Below are positions 60,283 through 64,000 of a DNA stretch of 64,000 bases, one piece after another. The notes beneath the pieces are model-generated. The model did no database searches and was not told the DNA's origin. It was given only the letters and a program-made list of their open reading frames with translations. The translations under genes were made by a program, and so were the position numbers. Each line of letters begins with the position of its first letter. Position 1 is the stretch's first letter. The DNA is from an uncultured delta proteobacterium. GTDB lineage: Bacteria > Myxococcota_A > Polyangia > Polyangiales > Houyiibacteriaceae. The stretch is taken from contig CAVOVB010000010.1 in the NCBI GenBank assembly GCA_963699755.1, positions 32,001 to 96,000 on the forward strand. The letters are read 5' to 3'.

Positions 60283-61230
60283 TCAAACGACCGCTGCGCG
60301 CAAAACCTGAGCGTAGTTGTCGGCGACACACCCCTCTTCGAGCAACCCGCGCTCCCGCAACATCGCGTGGAACTCTGGAAGATTGTAGTGCGGCACGGTC
60401 ATCAGCAGATGGTGTTCCAAGTGGTACTGAACGCCGTTCGGCGCGATGAAGAGCCTTTCCAGGAAGCCGGCAAGCACCGTTCGCGTTTGGCCGATTGGAT
60501 CGCTCGGGTTGGGCACCACCGCGTGCTCCGCGATCGAGCGGATTCGCGCAACGAATTTGTTCGTGGTCATCCAAGCACCAAACCAGAGGATGTACAGCAT
60601 CGGATGGCCGAGCGCCCACAGGACCCCGAAGAGGATCAGATTGGTGAGTAAGGTTCCGAAAGACATACGAATGGCCCGCCCGCGTTCGAGGCGCATCGGA
60701 AGCGTGCCCGCGTCGACCGACTCGCCGCGGACGACCTTGACGACGAGATAAGTCGTGCCTACGAGTTGCTTCAAGCCGGTGATGCCAGACAGGTCGCGCA
60801 GGATTTTGCGCGCCATGCTGGCTTTCGAAACCGGGAACGCTTTCGCCAACGGAAGGTCTGGATCGGCGTCCGTCCAAGTCTTGGCGTGATGCTCGAGATG
60901 ATGCGCCCGGTACATGTCCGCGCTCAAATAGACGGGGTATCCGGCGAGCCAATTTCCGACGAAGTCGTTGAACTTGCGATTCTCGAAGAGGGTGTAGTGC
61001 GAGCTCTCGTGCATCACGACGGCAAACCCGAGCTGCCGCGCCCCGATGATGAAGAGCGCCAGGACGACTGTGAACACGTTGGGCAAATAGGCGACCAAGG
61101 CCATCGACGCGGCAATCAGCCCATAGTTCACGAGGAGCGTGAGCCACGCCCGGTGCGTGCGAATGAGGCGAAGATCCCGAATTTCCTCGGTGCTGAACGC
61201 TTCCCGCCAGGCTTTGCTGCGTCTTCCCAC
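60283..61230 (-). CDS. Fatty acid desaturase family protein
   Basis: His boxes HESSH, HHLEHH and YHLEHH; EH; VPHYNLP. Confidence 0.9.
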   Translation of the reverse strand: MGRRSKAWREAFSTEEIRDLRLIRTHRAWLTLLVNYGLIAASMALVAYLPNVFTVVLALFIIGARQLGFAVVMHESSHYTLFENRKFNDFVGNWLAGYPVYLSADMYRAHHLEHHAKTWTDADPDLPLAKAFPVSKASMARKILRDLSGITGLKQLVGTTYLVVKVVRGESVDAGTLPMRLERGRAIRMSFGTLLTNLILFGVLWALGHPMLYILWFGAWMTTNKFVARIRSIAEHAVVPNPSDPIGQTRTVLAGFLERLFIAPNGVQYHLEHHLLMTVPHYNLPEFHAMLRERGLLEEGCVADNYAQVLRAAVV

Positions 61231-61233
61231 AAC

Positions 61234-61665
61234 TCAACCGCGAAGGATGTACTGCTCGAGCTGCTCGATGGTCATGTCCTGCTCGGCGACGATGCTGCGC
61301 ACGAGGTCACCAATCGACAAGATGCCGAGCAGCTCGTCGTCCTCCATCACGAGCAGGTGCCTCGTTCGCTTCCCGGTCATGATTGCCATGCACTCCCTCG
61401 TCGTCTCATCGCGCCCAACGGATAGGACCTCATCTGCCATGACCTCGCGGACGGAAGTCGTCGGCGAAGCCTTCCCGCGGAGAAACACGTTGCGTGCGTA
61501 GTCTCGCTCGGTGATGAGACCAATGACGTGTCCATCCTCGATCACCACCAGAGCGCCGATGTCGAGGTCGGCCATGCGCTTGATGGCATCGTAAACGGTG
61601 TCGTCGGGAGCGACGGCTTGGACGTCGTGCCCCTTCTGCTCCAACAGCTGCTTTACGGTGGTCAT
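61234..61665 (-). CDS. CBS domain pair protein
   Basis: IGAL-V, GLITERDYAR, RHL-V and GILSIGDLV motifs. Confidence 0.92.
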   Translation of the reverse strand: MTTVKQLLEQKGHDVQAVAPDDTVYDAIKRMADLDIGALVVIEDGHVIGLITERDYARNVFLRGKASPTTSVREVMADEVLSVGRDETTRECMAIMTGKRTRHLLVMEDDELLGILSIGDLVRSIVAEQDMTIEQLEQYILRG

Positions 61666-61717
61666 GGGCCGGAGACTACCACAACAGAGGCGGTCCCGGA
61701 GGCTTCCAGATTGGCGC

Positions 61718-62878
61718 TCATGCGGGGCCTGGCTTACGGCTAGACTCTTCGATGACCTCTTGGACGAGGTCGATGTATTGCTGGGCCACCACGTCCTGAT
61801 CAAAGCGCCGCAGCCAGTCTGCGCGCTCGGCGCGGCGCGCCTCATGGCCCAGATCGGGCGCTGCGAGCTCAGCTTCAACCGCCGCCGCAAAGCTCTCGGC
61901 ATCCTCGACTGGGGTCAGTCGCCCGAGTCGCCCATGATCGAGGAGCTCGCGCGGGCCGAAGTGGCAGTCTGTCGCTACGATCGCCGCGCCCGCTCCCAAT
62001 GCCTCGATCAAGACCATCGGCAAGCCCTCGTTGCGTGAGGACATGACGAAAATTCGAGCCCGGCGCATGAAGGCTTCGACATTCTCGACAAAGCCAGGAA
62101 GGAACACGCGGTCGGCGACCCCGAGCTCTCGAGACTGCGCCTCGAGCGAAGCGCGTTCGGGGCCCTCTCCGAGGATCACGAGGTTCAAGTCGCGTCGCGA
62201 AGACAGATCGGCAAAGGCGCGCAGCAACATGCCGAAATCCTTCTGAGGCGTCAGTCGCCCGACGGCGAGCAAGACCGGCTTCTCGAACAAGCTTTCCTGC
62301 TCGGGCGTGAGCTCGAGGGAAGCTTTCTGACACGACCTCGGGTTCGGAAGGGCCAGAGCTCTGTGCGGTGGCAAGTCGAAAACCTCCGCGGCATCGTCGG
62401 CCACCCCTTGCGAGCAGCCCGTCACGCGCTCTACGCGCCGATACGCGAAACGTTCCGGCCTGAACCCAAGCCAGCGCCGAAACCACCACTGAGCCTCCGG
62501 CTCGCAGCGAATCGCATAGTGCTGACTCACGATGACCGGCACGTCGGGAACGAGGTAGCGGCCGATTCCCGAGGCGATGTTCGCCGTGTGAATCAACGAC
62601 ATGGCGCAGCGTGGACGCGCCCGCCTGAGGTAGCGTACCCAGCGCGGCGTCGCGAGGAGCTCGTTGAACGCCCCGAGCTCCACCCTGTTCACGCCCGGCA
62701 GCTCCTGGTCGCGGAGTCCGCCATGCGCGCAGGACACGACCAAATCGATCTGCATGCCCCTTTTGGCGAGGGCGCGGGCCATCAGGAGTGCGACGCGCTC
62801 CGCTCCGCCCGTCGCGTATGAGGGAATAAAAATCGCGAGGTCGGGCCTTCGTGCACTGCTTGAATCGGAGTCGTTCAT
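61718..62878 (-). CDS. GT4 family glycosyltransferase
   Basis: GGAERV, VGRL-PQKDF, ILGEGP and SSRNEGLPMVLIEA (EX7E) motifs. Confidence 0.93.
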   Translation of the reverse strand: MNDSDSSSARRPDLAIFIPSYATGGAERVALLMARALAKRGMQIDLVVSCAHGGLRDQELPGVNRVELGAFNELLATPRWVRYLRRARPRCAMSLIHTANIASGIGRYLVPDVPVIVSQHYAIRCEPEAQWWFRRWLGFRPERFAYRRVERVTGCSQGVADDAAEVFDLPPHRALALPNPRSCQKASLELTPEQESLFEKPVLLAVGRLTPQKDFGMLLRAFADLSSRRDLNLVILGEGPERASLEAQSRELGVADRVFLPGFVENVEAFMRRARIFVMSSRNEGLPMVLIEALGAGAAIVATDCHFGPRELLDHGRLGRLTPVEDAESFAAAVEAELAAPDLGHEARRAERADWLRRFDQDVVAQQYIDLVQEVIEESSRKPGPA

Positions 62879-62908
62879 ATCGGACGGAAGAGGCCCAGGG
62901 TGCAACCG

Positions 62909-63790
62909 CTAGGCGCGAGGGCGGGCCATGCCAAGCAGCGTGTTCCCCTCGGACTTCCCGAGGAGGTTTAGCAGGCCCAGCATCGGCGCACGCAAGATGA
63001 GGCCAGGGAGACCGTATTCGTTGCGGACGCTGGCGGCCGGGATCGGACGCGTCGCGAAACGTTCGGTCACAAAGCCTGTCTTCTCCAATGCGACTCGCAT
63101 GCTTTGCCGCTTGAAGAAGTTGATGTGAATCGGCGGGATGTTCACGGGAAGGGTTTGTCGCAGGCAATAGGGATCGTCGAGATTGGGTACGCTGAACACG
63201 AAGATCCCATTTGGCTTCAAGATGGAGCGAATCGAGCGCAGCATGCTGATCGGATCGGGCACGTGCTCCATGACTTCGAACGAAGTCACCACGTCGAATT
63301 CCTCGTCCTGGTGCGCAGCAAAATCCTCGACGACACCGTTGAACATGTCGACGCCCAGGCTGCGCGCCTTCTCGGCCGCCAGTTTGGTCGGCTCCACTCC
63401 CTTGACTTCGAATCCGCGTTGCTTTGCGACCAGGAGGAAGGTCCCCGGTCCGGTTCCAACGTCCGCGAGCCTGCTGTTTGGGCGCTCGGCCTCGATCCAG
63501 CGGAGCGCCTTGCGCTTGAACCAACGCAGCTGACGAAACCCCCAGTCACCCCTCGCTGTTTTCTCGGCAACCTCGACCATCTCGCGATAGTCGGCTTCGC
63601 CCGAATAGACTTCCTCGTACTGCTCGCGCGGAATCCTCCGCAACACGGTGTACACGAAGGAACAGTCGCGGCATCTCGCCATCTCGTAGGAGTTGAAGGG
63701 CGCGATCGAATCCTCTGAGGTTGAACCGCATAGGGGGCAGCTCATCGCTCGCCCGGCGTCATCGAGGTCGAGTCCTACTTGCTTGCTCAC
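62909..63790 (-). CDS. Class I SAM-dependent methyltransferase with N-terminal Zn-ribbon
   Basis: CPLC...CRDC; DVGTGPG, FDVVTSFEVMEHV-DP and LKPNG motifs. Confidence 0.9.
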   Translation of the reverse strand: MSKQVGLDLDDAGRAMSCPLCGSTSEDSIAPFNSYEMARCRDCSFVYTVLRRIPREQYEEVYSGEADYREMVEVAEKTARGDWGFRQLRWFKRKALRWIEAERPNSRLADVGTGPGTFLLVAKQRGFEVKGVEPTKLAAEKARSLGVDMFNGVVEDFAAHQDEEFDVVTSFEVMEHVPDPISMLRSIRSILKPNGIFVFSVPNLDDPYCLRQTLPVNIPPIHINFFKRQSMRVALEKTGFVTERFATRPIPAASVRNEYGLPGLILRAPMLGLLNLLGKSEGNTLLGMARPRA

Positions 63791-63919
63791 CGTCCGCGAT
63801 TTAGCACCCCGACCGACTCGCGCCAGTCAGCCTCTCGTCACCCTTTTTTCGTTCTCGCAGCAGCTTGGCTGCTCTGTGGCGGGGAGTACCGCGATCCACA
63901 AGTCGCTGAGGCACGCGAC

Positions 63920-64000
63920 TCAGTTGACGTGGAAGACGTCGTCGCTCAGCTCTGCACCGATCGATGTGTTGCGCCGGATGATATCGGCGAGGGTCGTGCT
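63920..64000 (-). CDS. C-terminal fragment of a probable heme peroxidase (animal peroxidase family); truncated by the window end
   Basis: Minus strand reads STTLADIIRRNTSIGAELSDDVFHVN*, resembling the TL-DII-RNT...DVF C-terminus of that family; only 26 aa are visible. Confidence 0.5.
   Translation of the reverse strand, partial: STTLADIIRRNTSIGAELSDDVFHVN

Noticed and set aside
59396..61237. 613-aa minus-strand ORF
   Set aside because: Alternative frame over the desaturase and NnrU genes; Arg/Pro-rich composition typical of off-frame translation.
61875..63524. 549-aa minus-strand ORF
   Set aside because: Off-frame overlap of the methyltransferase and GT4 genes.

Overview
GC-rich, gene-dense chromosomal segment. 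It is most likely from a Myxococcota bacterium: mglBA is very similar to the Myxococcus proteins, and there is an FHA-sigma54 activator and a PEGA-type Ser/Thr kinase. About 60 CDSs are supported. Most are housekeeping genes: HU, ybeY, eno, lgt, mutS2, mutL-miaA, gcvT-H-PA, sppA, mglBA, leuS, thiC with a TPP riboswitch, ftsE-ftsX-envC, panBC, ppsR and pcm. These are interleaved with lipid/envelope and catabolic cassettes: a TatT/TatP TRAP pair, a DUF2723 GT-C glycosylation cassette, a sulfatase-sulfotransferase-dehydrogenase-desaturase operon, esterases, and an amidase/desaturase run. I found no rRNA, tRNA, CRISPR array, integrase or transposase. The most notable observations are: (1) an unannotated 44-aa, 43% Lys/Arg ORF with a clean RBS upstream of ppsR; (2) an intact but apparently catalytically dead biotin carboxylase paralogue lacking its B-domain; (3) a MutL that has lost the endonuclease motifs; (4) a TMEM260-like glycosylation cassette; (5) a kinase-fold DUF6206 gene translationally coupled to a class III aminotransferase; (6) a sigma54 promoter with a 15-bp-periodic enhancer array; (7) a structured HU leader; and (8) recurrent leaderless-gene architecture. 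All family assignments come from motif recognition by eye, not database searches.
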